Shown here: positions 18,734 through 28,784 of the stretch, one piece after another | Layout of the letters: each line of letters begins with the position of its first letter | Numbering within the stretch: the stretch's first letter is position 1 | Assembly: GCA_015064255.1 (NCBI GenBank) | Contig: SVSP01000006.1 | Span: forward strand, 4,007 to 68,006 | DNA: 64,000 nt | Reading direction: 5' to 3' | From: Oscillospiraceae bacterium | GTDB lineage: Bacteria > Bacillota > Clostridia > Oscillospirales > CAG-272 | Notes under the pieces: generated by a model | The model's input: the letters and a program-made list of their open reading frames with translations, nothing else | The model's database searches: none | Told to the model about the DNA's origin: nothing | Translations under genes and position numbers: made by a program

Positions 18734-21700
18734 TTATTTATTGCAAAAACCTCTGTCATCGAAAAAAATTTCCTTTTCCGTATAAATTTTCTTGCCGTTG
18801 CAATACACCTCTGCTATTTGTGAATCTGTATCAAGCCTTGCACTCAGTTCGTAGCACTTTCCGCCCCGTAATACCTTAAGATCAAAACTGTCGAATTTTT
18901 CGGAAAGATGCGGAGAAATAATAAAGCTTTCACCGTTTTTCTCGTTATATCCAAGCAGCTTGTTTATAACTATCCGTACAAACCACGATGCTGATCCCGT
19001 ATATAAGCTCCATCCGCCTCTGCCGAGGTGTTGCGAGTTTGAATATACGTCTCCGCAAAGCGCGTAAGGCTCTGTTTTATATTTTAATGCCGAAGATTCT
19101 TCGATCGAGCGAACGACAGGATTTATATCAGAGAGCATTTCATAGGCTTTTTCGTTCTCGCTGACAGAAAGAAGTCCCCATACCGCCCAAACAGCCGCGT
19201 GCGTATATTGACCGCCGTTTTCTCTGAATCCGTCACAGTATCTTACAATATACCCGGGATCGTCACCGTTTCCCGAAAACGGGGGAGTAAAGAGCTTTAC
19301 AATAGAATTTTCTCTGTCCCAAAGCTTTTCACACGCGAGAAGAATTGCATTTTTTGCACGTAAACCGTCACTGCCCGATATAGCGGCAAATGCCTGCGGG
19401 AGAAAATCAATTTCACATTCTTTGTCGCCGCGCGCACCCAGCTTTTTACCGTTATCGTAGAAGCCTCTCAAATATCTGTCGCCGTCAAAGGCTTCGTTTT
19501 CAAGGGTATCATAAAGTTCAGACGCTATCTCGCTGTATTTTTTTGCCCCTTCAAGGTCGCCGTAATTCTTACAAATTATCGTAAATTCGGAAAGTATCAT
19601 ACGCATAAACTGTGCAAGCCAGACCGACTCGCCCGCACCCTTGTGTCCCACGCGGTCAAAACCGTCGTTCCAATCGCAGTTTCCTATAAGAGGCAGTCCG
19701 TGTTTGCCGAAGCGCAGTGCGCGCTCTATAGCCCTTATACAGTGATTGTAAAGGCTCTCTCTGTATTTTGAGCGCACAGGTCGCTCGTAGCGGGTAAGCT
19801 CGCCGTCCTCAAGCTCTTTTGACTCGATATATCTTATATTTGCATCAAGAACAGAATAATCTCCCGTAACCTTGAGATATTCCGAAACAGCATAAGGAAG
19901 CCACAAAAGATCATCTGAACATCTTGAACGCAGTCCTGCGTGCCATTTTTCTCCGCTTGTATCAGAGTTATGCCACCAATGCTGTACGTCGCCCTCCGTA
20001 TATTGATGCGCGGCGGCGCGGAATATCTGGTATTTACAGAAACGAGGATCATAAATAAGCGAAGCAAGGCAGTCCTGAAGCTGATCTCTGAATCCGTAAG
20101 CACCGCTTGACTGATAAAAGCCTGTGCGTCCGAAAAGCCGCGCCGTGAACGTCTGATACGGAATATAATAATTTATCGCCCTGTCAAGTGCTCTGTCAGT
20201 GCTTTTTATCTGAATTCTACCGAAAAGATTTTTATAAAAATCTTCGTACTCCTTAAAACCGATTTCAAAATCCTCGGGCATAGAATATTTCTCTTTGATA
20301 TGATAATACGCGCGGTCGGAAATACTCGGAAAAACACCTAAAATGAAAGCGTATTTCTTCGAAATTTCACCTTTTTCCTCTTTTTCTTCAAATTCATACG
20401 ACGTAAGAAAAACCGTATGATCCGACAAATGTGTGTCATATCTTCGTCTGAAAAATTCGGTATCTCCGTCTTTTTTGCGTATTATCAGATTAGGCGGACA
20501 AACATTTTCTCCGATAACCGGATCAATAACGTAGATAATATCTCCGAGATTATTGAGATTCCCGCTGACCTTAGTTAAAAGCAGCTTGACGGGAAGCTTT
20601 TTATCGACACCGACCTTGACGGTAATACTAACACCTTCAATTTCACTTTTGTAAACCACACATCCGTATTCAAATTCGCAGAAATATGACGATGCGATAA
20701 CGTCGTATTTCTTACCTTGCGCGGTAACAAGTATAAGGCGCTCACCGCAAATATCCTGTCTGTACGAAGAAAAATAAGGAGTAAGTCTCTTTTCCTTTGA
20801 GTTTGCAAACCAAGTGAATCCGAGCGAATTTTGCGTTATAAGCGTACCGAAAACTCGGTTTGAGTATATATACGACCATACGAGATCCACACGCTCCTTG
20901 TCAACAAGAAAACCGTTATCATTAAATACTCCGCCGTAAACCCGAAGATCATTTTTGTCTTCGATTTCACTTTTCTTGTACGGCTTTTTAACTGTTTCGA
21001 CATCGTCGGCAACTCTGAGAGAGCACTTCATAACCGTATGGAAAATATCTTCGAGTGAGGAATCCTTTTCAAGACGTATAAAAAGCGCGCTCACCGAAGA
21101 AAAGAGATCTTCGAGAGATGATGTGTCACTTATGGCAAAAACTCCGCCGTAACGGCAAAAAAGCTCTTTTGAAGTGCACTCTGATATTATATCCGAAAGG
21201 GTATTTCGGTTACTGCTGTTATATCCGTCGGATTCGGTAACGATAAACACAAGATCACTTAACTTACCTCTCATTCTGCATAGCTTATGAATACGGATAA
21301 GTGTACTTGCGATCTTCTTGCACATAGGAGAAATCTCACTTGGTAAAACAACGCAAACGATAGGAATATCTCCCGAAATGCCGTGTGCCCAAAGAGAATT
21401 TTTCTCGTATTTTTTATCACTTACTTTGCAGTTGTTGGGATGAAAATAAAGGGATGCCAGATACTGATCGGCGTATTTAAGATATCCGGGTGAAATATTT
21501 ACTTTCGCGAGTCTGCTTTGCGAAAGAGAATACATAGACGATGCAAAAAAACTGCTTACATCCTTGCCCGTATTCTTTCTTACAAGGGTATATTTTCTTA
21601 AAATATCCTCGTATGAATTTCCGTAGGCTATAACAAACTCGCACGAATATCTGTCAGAATATTTTATATTATCACCCTTAAGAATGCAGTAAGGCGATAT

Positions 21701-24700
21701 GCACGCACCCGTACGTAAAGGAAACTTTTTAAATATAAGCTCCTTTATATCGTCGGCTGTATAATTAAGCGGAAGTATATCGCTTCGAGTATCAAACTCC
21801 TTTTTGAGAGGGTAATTTTCAAGCGATATGCCAAGCCATTTATCGTCTTTTCCACTTTTTGAACGCGAGTGATAAATAAGAACGTCATAGTCGTTATTGT
21901 AAAACGCTTCTACCGATAAAGAATCATAAAACGGATGTGAAATCCTGTCCTGTGCTTTCGTAAGAACAACTTCAAATGCTAACATAGGTGTGAACTCTGA
22001 AAATTTGCCGCTGACGTCAAGCTTGGCACAAAAAATATCTTCGTCACGCATTAAAGTCAGCATCAAAGTTCCCGATACCTTTTCACCGTTTACCGTTCTT
22101 TGATTTTTGAATACTATTTTCGTTCCCGAATAGTGCATACTGTCGGGAATAAACTGCAAAGCTTCACCGTCCACAGAATAAAACACCTGCAAGCCGTTTA
22201 TCACAGAGTACATATCACGAATATCAAAAGGATCTCTCGTTATCAGGATATCCTTGCGTGCAAGCATAATATGTCCCGCGTCTGATGCGGTCAAAGATGC
22301 GGTGTTTGACGAAATCATACACACAGACGGTATATTTCCGCTTTTGGAAGCACTTTTAAATGTTTTATCGATATTCTGATAGGCGCGAGAAATATAATCG
22401 GGAATTTGTGCAGGTCTGTTTTTGGATATTCCCGCATCTGTCGGTATAGCTTCGCACAGAAGCTCTCTTACAGATGACATCTCGGGATTTCTCATAAATC
22501 TCTTTACAAAAATATTGTCAAAACAGAGATTTACCGCAGAAATTATACTCATTCCCATATGATGTGACATATAGCTTTTTACTATTTCGGGAGAAATGCC
22601 TACTCTTGACACGGTAAAGTCGAGTGCTTCATAAAATCCGTGTTTACCGTAAGCACCAAAATTGTAAAGCTTTTCAAGATTTTTGACAGCCGCTTTTTCG
22701 GCTACTTGAAGACAGAGAAAAGATGCATACGGCGCTATAACTTTTTCTTTTCCGATTATCGGGTCAAGCGCAAGACGTGAAACTCCGTTTGCGCGATACT
22801 GATAATTCATCGCAAAATCAAAAGCATAATATCCGCTTTCCGAAATTCCCCAAAAGCCTTTTATGCGGTTTTCAATCTGAGCGTTTGCCGCAAAAGCAAG
22901 AGCCTCTCCTGAAAGAGAATTTGCGTAAGAGGGAAGAAAGAGATGAGGCATAAAATATTCAAACATACTGCCCGACCAGGAAGCAACCCCCACGTATCCT
23001 TTATTGCCTATTATAGGCCGTCCGAGGCGTTGCCACGCTTTTGCGGGGATCTGTCCGTTTGCTATGGCGTAGTAGTATGTCGAACGTGACTCACTCATAT
23101 AAAGGTCATAGCAGTTTTCATCGGATACTTCACCTGAAGCATCCATACCGATATAAAAAAGCTTACGTTTTTTAGAATAGAGCAGGCTGAAATCTGTAGA
23201 ATACGCAATATTTCTGATTTTTTCCTTTATACCCGAAAGTCGTGGCTCATCTTTTTCGTAATCGCTTATACCTTCAATAAGAGTTATAAGAGATATCACA
23301 AAATTTCCGCTGTCAACAGTGGAAATATACGGTGTACCGAGAACGGTCAGCTTCTCTGTGTCATACCAGTTATATAGATGTCCGTGCTTTTTAGGGAGAT
23401 TTTCTATAGTTGACAGGGTGTTTTCAAGCTTTGTATAGAGGGTGCCCGTATCTATAAAACCGCAATCGCAAGCGGCAAGAGCAGATACGAGATACATTCC
23501 TATATTAGTGGGAGAAGTACGGTGTGCAACTGCAAATACAGGGTATTCCTGTACGTTATCGGGCGGCAGATAGTTTTCCTCTTCGGTAACGTACAAATCA
23601 AAATAGCTCCACATATCTTTCACCCAAGTGAGCAGCTTTTCTTTATCCGATACTGAGCGTTCATGGCGGTAAGATATATCAAGTGAGAGCAGCAAGAGCA
23701 TAACAGGCAGAAAACTCCACAAAAGTCCCATACATTTAAGAAGAGGACTGTGAGCAAAAACAAGAGTTACAAATCCGCAGGCATACGAAAGTACGCTCCA
23801 CGATATCTGTGCAAAAAATCCGCCGCGCGATTCAAACGAAGATACCGTCCATTCAAGTGTGTGCTTGTGCGTGATACGCGAGCGCACAAATCCTTTTATA
23901 AGCGCATCACCCGATACGAATACGTAGCCGAATACTGACGATATTCCGAAAAAGAGCTCCCACAGTGCGCTTCCGACGGTCGGTATGACCTGTGAGAAAA
24001 ATCTTCGGTTTATTCCTTTAAGCGATGAGAAAACGGCACGAAGCGGAGGTAATATCAAATAAGAAATAGCTGCCAGAAGCAAAATATCCTGTGTTTTTGG
24101 ATATATCAGAGAGATCATTATAAGGATTCCGGCAAAAACGGGAACAATGGCTCTTCTTACGTTATCAAGTATAAAAAACTTCGAAATCCCCGATACAGGA
24201 TTCTTTTCGCGTTTTCCCGATTTGTTATATACGTATCTCTTTGCATAAAGACTCGACTGTATATCTCCGCGTATCCATCTGTGAAGACGTTTGAAAAATG
24301 ACGACGGAGTCGATGGATGCGAATCACTCAGTATTACGTCTGCAAGTATTCCGCAACGCAGGCGTGAGCCTTCAAGCAGGTCGTGGCTCAGTATTAATTC
24401 GTCTTTAAATGCATTCGGTATAAGTTCAACGTAAGCATCCACGTCAAAAATACCTTTACCGCAAAAGATACCCTCGCCGAAAAGCGATTGATACAGGTCA
24501 TACGATGCGCTCTGATAGGGAATAATACCGCCGCGTGACATAAGAGATGAAAAATAACTCTTTCCCGCAGAAGCAAGAGAAGTTCTCATATGAGGCTGCA
24601 TAATAGCATATCCCGAAACAACTCTTCCGTTTTTTATTACCGGCTTGTTGCTCGGATGAAGCATAGCAGACACCATATCAAGTACAGCACGGCTGTAAAG

Positions 24701-25954
24701 CTTCGTATCCCGATCAAGTGTGATTACGTATTTTATATTAGAAATATTCTTTCTGTTTCCGTAAACTACCGAAAACGTGTTATCTTTATTTCTCAACAGC
24801 GAAACGAGATCGATAAGCGCACCTCTTTTTCGTTCGTAACCCATATATTTATTTTCTGACTTGCTTTTTACTCGGTAACGCAAGAAAAAATAAAAATATT
24901 CGCCGTATTTCTTATTAAGCTCGGAAATTTTTTCTTCTGTGTACGCAATAAGATTTTTGTCATTTTCCTTATTTTCTTTTTCGGATTCGGCAAAATCAAG
25001 AAGAAGTCCGAAATAAGCGTTTTTATCTCTTGTCAAAAGATAAAATTCCTCAAGCTGTCTGAAAAGCGAGTCATCCTTATCTGATATAAGCGACGTTATC
25101 ACCGTGAGTGTTTTGGCATTATCGGGTATATTTTCTATATCAAGGCGTGAAACGGCAGTAAGCGGCAAATTACGAGAGGCTATGCGGTCTATTATATATT
25201 TTACAGCCTCGCTTACAGGGAATATTGTAAGCAAAAAGATAAACGGATTTACTTTTGCAAAATAAACCGCTAAAAAAGAAAAAAGTAAAGTAAAAAACAC
25301 CCAAAAAGTGAAATAAAGCCGTATGTTTTTCTTTCGTATTTTTTTATCTTCGCTGTATCCCAAATTGTCACAGTATATCTTTACCGCATCTTTTTCGGAT
25401 ATTCTATGTCTTCTCGCAAACGCCGATATTCTGCCGCGAAGAAGTGATTTGGTAAGATCGGTGCTTACGGAGTAATAGGTATCTGGATTATCCGAGAGAT
25501 TTCTGTCAAGTACGGATATTTTTTCACGAAGTTCTTCGATGTCGGATATTTCAAGTGAGCGTATTATCTTACTGAAATTTCCTACAAGTATATTTTTTTC
25601 GCTTTCCGAACAGTTATTAAGTGACAGCGTTTTGCGTGAAATAATATCTGCAACTATGGGAAGAACAGCCACCGTTTCTTCATCTCTGAACGGCTTTTTT
25701 TCAGCTTCAGATATAAGCATTTCGGATATTTCTTTTTCCTGTACGGCAAAGTTATGCTTACACAAAAATGATTCAAGAAGAATATATATTCTCCATTTAC
25801 GCTTTTCGGGCGTTATTTTTTCGTACGAAGTCAGCATCGAGAGAAGAAAGGGATATTCCTTTATCAAAATACCGTGAACACGCATTTTGAGAAAAACTCC
25901 CGAAAGACTGCTCAGTTTTCTGTTTTCTCTGTTGATAATAAAACCTCCCCACAA
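18734..25954 (-). CDS. Cyclic beta-1,2-glucan synthase-like protein (GT84 + glucoamylase-like cyclization domain + GH94 phosphorylase); start uncertain
   Basis: GYERKRGAL, ITLDRDT, SHDLLEG, HRWIRGD (GT). RTSPTNIG, STVDSGN, SWSGSMFEY, WGISES (middle). YQSSGAYGFRDQLQD, DWNDG, ENGGQYTHAA (GH94). Confidence 0.87.
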   Translation of the reverse strand: MWGGFIINRENRKLSSLSGVFLKMRVHGILIKEYPFLLSMLTSYEKITPEKRKWRIYILLESFLCKHNFAVQEKEISEMLISEAEKKPFRDEETVAVLPIVADIISRKTLSLNNCSESEKNILVGNFSKIIRSLEISDIEELREKISVLDRNLSDNPDTYYSVSTDLTKSLLRGRISAFARRHRISEKDAVKIYCDNLGYSEDKKIRKKNIRLYFTFWVFFTLLFSFLAVYFAKVNPFIFLLTIFPVSEAVKYIIDRIASRNLPLTAVSRLDIENIPDNAKTLTVITSLISDKDDSLFRQLEEFYLLTRDKNAYFGLLLDFAESEKENKENDKNLIAYTEEKISELNKKYGEYFYFFLRYRVKSKSENKYMGYERKRGALIDLVSLLRNKDNTFSVVYGNRKNISNIKYVITLDRDTKLYSRAVLDMVSAMLHPSNKPVIKNGRVVSGYAIMQPHMRTSLASAGKSYFSSLMSRGGIIPYQSASYDLYQSLFGEGIFCGKGIFDVDAYVELIPNAFKDELILSHDLLEGSRLRCGILADVILSDSHPSTPSSFFKRLHRWIRGDIQSSLYAKRYVYNKSGKREKNPVSGISKFFILDNVRRAIVPVFAGILIMISLIYPKTQDILLLAAISYLILPPLRAVFSSLKGINRRFFSQVIPTVGSALWELFFGISSVFGYVFVSGDALIKGFVRSRITHKHTLEWTVSSFESRGGFFAQISWSVLSYACGFVTLVFAHSPLLKCMGLLWSFLPVMLLLLSLDISYRHERSVSDKEKLLTWVKDMWSYFDLYVTEEENYLPPDNVQEYPVFAVAHRTSPTNIGMYLVSALAACDCGFIDTGTLYTKLENTLSTIENLPKKHGHLYNWYDTEKLTVLGTPYISTVDSGNFVISLITLIEGISDYEKDEPRLSGIKEKIRNIAYSTDFSLLYSKKRKLFYIGMDASGEVSDENCYDLYMSESRSTYYYAIANGQIPAKAWQRLGRPIIGNKGYVGVASWSGSMFEYFMPHLFLPSYANSLSGEALAFAANAQIENRIKGFWGISESGYYAFDFAMNYQYRANGVSRLALDPIIGKEKVIAPYASFLCLQVAEKAAVKNLEKLYNFGAYGKHGFYEALDFTVSRVGISPEIVKSYMSHHMGMSIISAVNLCFDNIFVKRFMRNPEMSSVRELLCEAIPTDAGISKNRPAQIPDYISRAYQNIDKTFKSASKSGNIPSVCMISSNTASLTASDAGHIMLARKDILITRDPFDIRDMYSVINGLQVFYSVDGEALQFIPDSMHYSGTKIVFKNQRTVNGEKVSGTLMLTLMRDEDIFCAKLDVSGKFSEFTPMLAFEVVLTKAQDRISHPFYDSLSVEAFYNNDYDVLIYHSRSKSGKDDKWLGISLENYPLKKEFDTRSDILPLNYTADDIKELIFKKFPLRTGACISPYCILKGDNIKYSDRYSCEFVIAYGNSYEDILRKYTLVRKNTGKDVSSFFASSMYSLSQSRLAKVNISPGYLKYADQYLASLYFHPNNCKVSDKKYEKNSLWAHGISGDIPIVCVVLPSEISPMCKKIASTLIRIHKLCRMRGKLSDLVFIVTESDGYNSSNRNTLSDIISECTSKELFCRYGGVFAISDTSSLEDLFSSVSALFIRLEKDSSLEDIFHTVMKCSLRVADDVETVKKPYKKSEIEDKNDLRVYGGVFNDNGFLVDKERVDLVWSYIYSNRVFGTLITQNSLGFTWFANSKEKRLTPYFSSYRQDICGERLILVTAQGKKYDVIASSYFCEFEYGCVVYKSEIEGVSITVKVGVDKKLPVKLLLTKVSGNLNNLGDIIYVIDPVIGENVCPPNLIIRKKDGDTEFFRRRYDTHLSDHTVFLTSYEFEEKEEKGEISKKYAFILGVFPSISDRAYYHIKEKYSMPEDFEIGFKEYEDFYKNLFGRIQIKSTDRALDRAINYYIPYQTFTARLFGRTGFYQSSGAYGFRDQLQDCLASLIYDPRFCKYQIFRAAAHQYTEGDVQHWWHNSDTSGEKWHAGLRSRCSDDLLWLPYAVSEYLKVTGDYSVLDANIRYIESKELEDGELTRYERPVRSKYRESLYNHCIRAIERALRFGKHGLPLIGNCDWNDGFDRVGHKGAGESVWLAQFMRMILSEFTIICKNYGDLEGAKKYSEIASELYDTLENEAFDGDRYLRGFYDNGKKLGARGDKECEIDFLPQAFAAISGSDGLRAKNAILLACEKLWDRENSIVKLFTPPFSGNGDDPGYIVRYCDGFRENGGQYTHAAVWAVWGLLSVSENEKAYEMLSDINPVVRSIEESSALKYKTEPYALCGDVYSNSQHLGRGGWSLYTGSASWFVRIVINKLLGYNEKNGESFIISPHLSEKFDSFDLKVLRGGKCYELSARLDTDSQIAEVYCNGKKIYTEKEIFFDDRGFCNK

Positions 25955-26006
25955 CAGTTATCGTAATATAACCTATTATGGGGAGATTTTACAGTTTTTA
26001 ATCTTA

Positions 26007-28280
26007 TTATTTCAGTTTGGTGTAAAAAGAATCGTAAAGCGGTTCGTATGAGATATATTTTTCAATATAAGCTACAGCCTCGAACGCATCACCGTGAGAA
26101 GCACATATTACGTAGTCGGAGCGTTTTGAGCATTCTGTAATGAACTCTCTGAAGTCTTTATTCAAAGATATCATATCCTTTGTGTTGGATATGTACATAT
26201 AGCTGTCAATTTCTTGATCTTCTCCTTCAACAAATATAAGCGTTGCGGGATTTGCCGTTTCGTGCTCATAAATATGCACGTTTAAGAGAAAATCACCGAA
26301 GATCAGCGAATTTTCTCTCGGTTTATAAAGATGCACACTGCAGTCCGAAGCATTCAGATATTTAGTTACCGAATAGTGAAAATTTTTATCGCGTCCAAGC
26401 GATACGGGAAGTACAAAATCCCGTATTTCGGTTTGCTCGATAAGTTTTGTGACCGTTGCTATATGATTATAGTGATAATCTGTTATCATATACGAAGTTA
26501 TATCTACTTTTCCGACTTCTCTTGCATAATCAAGTGCATTCTTTGTAAAGGAATAGGAACCGTCCGAACTGTCGCAAAGCATAGCATTGCCGTCATTTAC
26601 AAGTATAACAGCATCGTTTTCGTCTTCGGTGTAATATATTACGGACATTCCGCTGTGATAAGGCATCATAACGAGATGATTTCCGATGTAACACAGAAAG
26701 ACAAACAGTATCATAGGTATATATACGATCTCTCTGTGCTTACCGAATCCTTTTACAAGTACTGCTATCAGAAAAATAGCTGCAAGCATCAAAACAAAAA
26801 GTACGGTACAGAAAGGATAGTCAAGCCTTACATAGTAATCTCCCGATCGTGCAAAAGCCTGCGCAAAATTCACGGTAGCATCCGATATAAGAGAAATAAG
26901 ATATCCTATCGGATATGCAATATATTTTAAAGGCGAAAAAACTATAAGAAATGGCAAAAGATACATTATAACCGTGATAAGCGGGATAAAAAGAAGATTT
27001 GCCACGGGTGACACATAAGATATATAACCAAAGCAAAAATGAATTACGGGAAGAGTAAAGAGGACCGCTGAAAGCGTTATATTAAGTGCCGAAAGAAGAG
27101 TGAAAAGCGGCTTGATTTTCATAATCTCGTTTTGACGCATTCTTTCGTTTATCGGAAGTGCCACAACAAGTATTCCAAATGTTGACATAAACGAAAGCAA
27201 CATTCCGATATCGTATATCGCGTACGGAGTTATAATACATATCAAAAATCCTGCGATAAAAAGGGAAGTTACCGAATCGGCTTTTCTTCCCAGAACAAAC
27301 GCGGCATACGAAAAGAGCAGCATAAACGCTGCACGGACAACAGATGCCGAAAAGCCTGCCAAAAGAGCATAGAACAGTACAAACAATGTAAGAAGTATAA
27401 CAGAAAACTGCTTTCTTATACGCGCTTTTGATAAAGCCATCGCAAGAAGACCGACTACGATAGAAAAGTGCATTCCGCTTATCGCGAGCATATGAGAAAT
27501 TCCGAGTTCCTTGAATGCAGAGGTAAACGCGTAGGGAAGACCGTCCCTGTTTCCGTAAACAAGAGCTCTCGACAGAGCACCGCCGTTTTCATTAGCGTAT
27601 TTTTCTATTATAAGCGAAATCTTTTTCTGAATCGGGTATATATGCGTGTAAGGAAAAATGTCACGGCTTTCCAAAACCTCTGCCGACTCGCTGTTTTCCG
27701 ACTCAGCATAAATCAGAATACCGTGTGAAAGGTCATACGCCTCTGAAAGATCAGAATATTTATTATCTGCGGTTAATTTCAGCGGAAGCCTTAACGTGTC
27801 GCCAACATCGTAAGTATTAAAATAAGTTGAAGTAAGCCTTGCCTTTATTTTGCACGACTCTCCGTTTATTTCGGTTATAATAATGTCGTGACTTGAATAA
27901 AACTCAGACATAGAATTTACTTTTATTACCGTAATTTCTGCACTTACTTCACTTCCGTGATACTTTTGGCTTATTTCATTTAAGCGACAGTCAAAATTTA
28001 TCCAAGAAAAGAGCAGAGCAAACGCAAGTGTAAATATTATAAGCATCAAAGGAAATGCATATTTCTTAAAAAACTCTTTATAAACGTTTCGCTTTACCGT
28101 AAAAACGACAGCCGCCAAAAACAGAACCGTAAAAAGTACTGCAAATAAAATCATCTTGAAAATTCCGCGTAAAAATCCAAGCGTAAAATAAGCAGTAAGA
28201 AAGCCCGCAAGTGCATAGCATAACGGGCGTTTCATAACAGAATCATATATTTTCCTGAAAAACATATATCTCTTACTCAA
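26007..28280 (-). CDS. comEC: ComEC/Rec2 family DNA-uptake membrane protein
   Basis: N-terminal TMs and OB-like region; Competence-domain motifs GISHMLAISGMH and SASVVRAAFM; degenerate beta-lactamase-like C-terminus. Confidence 0.85.
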   Translation of the reverse strand: MSKRYMFFRKIYDSVMKRPLCYALAGFLTAYFTLGFLRGIFKMILFAVLFTVLFLAAVVFTVKRNVYKEFFKKYAFPLMLIIFTLAFALLFSWINFDCRLNEISQKYHGSEVSAEITVIKVNSMSEFYSSHDIIITEINGESCKIKARLTSTYFNTYDVGDTLRLPLKLTADNKYSDLSEAYDLSHGILIYAESENSESAEVLESRDIFPYTHIYPIQKKISLIIEKYANENGGALSRALVYGNRDGLPYAFTSAFKELGISHMLAISGMHFSIVVGLLAMALSKARIRKQFSVILLTLFVLFYALLAGFSASVVRAAFMLLFSYAAFVLGRKADSVTSLFIAGFLICIITPYAIYDIGMLLSFMSTFGILVVALPINERMRQNEIMKIKPLFTLLSALNITLSAVLFTLPVIHFCFGYISYVSPVANLLFIPLITVIMYLLPFLIVFSPLKYIAYPIGYLISLISDATVNFAQAFARSGDYYVRLDYPFCTVLFVLMLAAIFLIAVLVKGFGKHREIVYIPMILFVFLCYIGNHLVMMPYHSGMSVIYYTEDENDAVILVNDGNAMLCDSSDGSYSFTKNALDYAREVGKVDITSYMITDYHYNHIATVTKLIEQTEIRDFVLPVSLGRDKNFHYSVTKYLNASDCSVHLYKPRENSLIFGDFLLNVHIYEHETANPATLIFVEGEDQEIDSYMYISNTKDMISLNKDFREFITECSKRSDYVICASHGDAFEAVAYIEKYISYEPLYDSFYTKLK

Positions 28281-28551
28281 TATTTATCTTTTCACGAAGC
28301 TTTGTTGACTGATGGAAAGAAACGATTTTCGTACTTGAAAGCTGAATTTCTTCACCTGTAATAGGATGGCGACCTGTTCTTCCGAGCCTTTCTTTTACTT
28401 CAAAGGTACCGAAGCCGGAGATCATAATCTTTTCACCGTCTGAAAGTGTCTTAACCACCTCCTCAAGAAAGGCATCAATTACACAGGCAGCCTGAGCAGC
28501 AGATACACCCGACGCCTGAGCAGATTTAGTAATAAGATCCTTTTTTTTCAT
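28273..28551 (-). CDS. HU family DNA-binding protein (start reassigned to MKKKDLI)
   Basis: GFGTFEVKER..RTGRHP.TGEEI signature. Confidence 0.88.
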   Translation of the reverse strand: MKKKDLITKSAQASGVSAAQAACVIDAFLEEVVKTLSDGEKIMISGFGTFEVKERLGRTGRHPITGEEIQLSSTKIVSFHQSTKLREKINIE

Positions 28552-28691
28552 AGTTTCTTCTACGTCTTTCGAAATATGGAAAAGACATCCTTTCGTTCTT
28601 TTTTTAGTAATTATACTACGTAACTTGACAAAAATCAACAGTTTTTAGATAAAAAAATGCTGTCTTTACTATATTTTGTTACTTTTCACAA

Positions 28692-28720
28692 TTGACCGCA
28701 CGGAGATTTAGTGATATAAT
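28692..28720 (+). promoter_or_regulatory. SigA-type promoter
   Basis: TTGACC-17 nt-TATAAT with TG extension, upstream of the CDF transporter. Confidence 0.65.
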
Positions 28721-28784
28721 ACATAAACAGCCCCTATCTGAAATATAATTCAGTAAGAAAAAAAGAAAACAGGTAAAATAAATT

